Below are positions 61,646 to 64,000 of a DNA stretch of 64,000 bases, piece after piece. Position 1 is the first letter of the stretch. Each line of letters starts with the position of its first letter. Position numbers and translations under genes: made by a program. Under the pieces are notes generated by a model. The model was given only the letters and a program-made list of their open reading frames with translations, was not told where the DNA came from and did no database searches. Origin of the DNA: Penicillus capitatus (lineage: Eukaryota; Plantae; Chlorophyta); assembly GCA_965649825.1 (NCBI GenBank), contig OZ287697.1, positions 1,141,635 to 1,205,634 on the forward strand. Reading direction: 5' to 3'.

Positions 61646-64000
61646 GGTCGTCTCTTGAAAACCTTGCACTGTGGTGATGATGAAGTAACTGCCTCGAATT
61701 CGTTCGTCGCGATACTTCCTAAAAAACAATCAACCCGCGTTACAGACCACATGTTCGAAATGCATCGCTCTTAAATGACATTGTTACCCAGTTTCCTTCC
61801 TGCTGCTCACGATTCGTAGACAGACATCAGCAGCATCGTCAACGGCACTGTTGGCGTGTCAGACACAGCCTCGCAATCCACCCATGTCGATAGATTCCTC
61901 ACAGCTTCCATCTATGCATTCGCAGAAGGACGAGGAACAGGTGACGAAGATGTGGGACGCAGTGCCGGATCACGGAAAGGAAAACCAGCACACTATGTGA
62001 TCCTCGCATCTTGTATTGACGACTGTCTTCGCATCTTCGTGTTGGCACCCAAAGCGTCGCCTTTCCAGTACATAGTGTGCCCTTCTGCAAAAGATGCACT
62101 GTCCATTCATGCCTGGTGACCATCTGGAGAATTCAGAAAAGTGAAGATGTGCATTGCCAGACGGCAACGTAAAGAAGAAACGCGTTCCTTAGTCGCCAAG
62201 AGTGATCCCTTCGCCTGCCGATAACGGAATTCGTTGCATCATCCGTCTCCTGTGGTGGGTGGTGGCGTTGCAAACGGTTCGAGGGACTAGAGAGAACACA
62301 GTGTCGTGTAGATGGCCTTTCTCACCCTTCTCATACCCACATGAAGGATTTCGCCGTTGCGGATGCGGAAGGAGTAGATTCGTGCAGGGCTCTCTCTGCG
62401 ACAGACAGCCGAAGCTTCGAATCCTGTCGACGAACGCGCTTCTACTGTCTGAGAGATTTCGTCGCGACGATGATAGACTTTCGCTTCCAAGCGAACAGAA
62501 CAGCGACGTCACATCAGCCTGTCTGGAGTCTGTTCGTTCGTTCGCTTGCACTAGAGGCAACATTGGATTCATTCGGTTACAGCAATCTGTCTGTCCATTA
62601 TGTTTCAGGAATGTCCATTACCCTGTCGAATCGAACCCATCAGGACTGGTGATGGTCTTCGATGAGATTTGACAGGACTCGCGATGGTCTGGCATTTGCA
62701 GGCGAAAACAGCTGACGGTCGACTCCCATCCACATCTCTACACGTTCGTTCGGCTGCTGATGTCGAGGACGCGGTTTGCCGATGGCCCAGCTCGGCGAAA
62801 GGCACTGTTGCGGTGTCTAGCTAGCTAGCTGTCTGCGACAGATCTTCTGGCAGTCACATCAATACGTCATGATTTTCCCTTGTGTGCCCCATCGTCTCTC
62901 CGGCAGACATCCACATCTACTACGTCATCGATAACGCTCTTTCTGAAGAGGCAGTCAGGATTCCTGATATGCTTGTTGACGATCCTGCAGTTGGGGCGCC
63001 GGCCGCCACTCCAGAGCTGCCCGCGGATGATCTAATCTCAGGAGGTCGCGGCATGCGATTTAGATGTCAAATCGCGCATTCTGGGCCATCACCGCCGTAA
63101 GCACTGAGAGAACATGTGTGATGAAAAAGATCACACCATGCAACTCGTCTGCCGCGCAGCTGGATGAAAGTAACACAGTCTGTTGACCGATTCCATCGCA
63201 GGGAATCGCATTCTGCCAGCTGCCGCGATGTCATCCAAGTAGACTGGGTTCTTCTTTCGACTGAGTCCTGCAGATCTGCCCAGCGGGCATTTATGTCGCA
63301 ACCCCAGAAGCAAAAGCATTCATCGCGAATACCCGATATCATCACTGCTTCCACCAATCGCCGCATAGCAGGCAGGCCTTGCAGTCACCTGTGGTCAAAT
63401 CTACGTCTGTGCTGCGGGGGATATATATAGACTGTCTAGAATCTCCATTCCGAGATTGAAATTTCCACCAGAACAGTCCATCCAGCGTCTAGATGCTTTG
63501 TCTGGCTTCCTCTATCCACACAGCACGCGTTTCAGACCGTGCTGTCTGTGGGGACCTGTCCGTCGAGCGCTGCTGCGACTCCATTCCATGCGTCGCGCCT
63601 TCCAAAGCCAGTCGTGTCCTCAAATATCTGACGCGACGTGATGCTGCGAGCGCTGACACACGCATGGATCATTCAGTGGCCAGGGAACGAGCGTGGCGAC
63701 GATCCCATTCTGACCCGATTCTCTCGAAGGGTCCAGACAGGACACATTCAACGCTGACGTTGGACAGTCGTGTGGCGGAACGGAAACGGCCCCTCGACGA
63801 AGGGGTACAAATTTCGGCAGGCATTCCATGCTGTGAACATTCTTTCTCTCCGCCCTTCTTCGTCGTCGCCTTCGTTGCACAGAGAACTGCTGCTTTCGGT
63901 CAGCAAGTGACATCATGCTCGCGAGAACAGTTGCCGCTTTGGCTGTGCTCGTCTGGTGCGCCGACTGGGCAAGTCTCCGTCCGCTCTTCGACAGCACGCT

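Noticed and set aside
61899-63319. KDZ/CxC-type transposase fragments
   Set aside because: The resemblance is limited to a few short words; catalytic motifs could not be aligned.

Overview
This is nuclear DNA from a compact-genome eukaryote using the standard genetic code, with ~45-66 nt GT-AG introns. It is most likely a green alga, possibly ulvophycean/Bryopsidales-like; that assignment is inference from gene content (plant-type SAHH insert, strictosidine-synthase-like gene, expanded Pmp-repeat membrane proteins). The window has three compartments. (1) 1-19 kb, accessory: the 5' part of a Pmp-repeat beta-helix gene, an intronless NB-ARC-TPR (NLR-like) gene with 12 x 129-bp repeats and a frameshifted N-terminus, and a young 4.5-kb Ty3/Gypsy-type LTR retrotransposon. 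(2) 19-37 kb, dense housekeeping: ATE1, a coiled-coil membrane protein, SAHH, SSL, PHF5A, DDX10/Dbp4, an NCoR-like SANT protein, an RGG protein, RPC25 and a membrane protein. (3) 37-62 kb: three intact genes and one decayed gene of the type signal peptide / Pmp beta-helix / Cys-rich / multi-TM. The most unusual element is the retrotransposon. Its ORF1 has no recognisable capsid domain and instead carries a signal-peptide-like segment and several hydrophobic helices before the zinc knuckles and protease. Both ORFs run into its 142-bp LTRs, and the -1 frameshift lies after the protease. Other highlights are a possibly endosymbiont-derived NLR with shuffled TPRs and strong enrichment of the octamer GATGTGAC. 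All coordinates and counts were read by eye; no searches were run.
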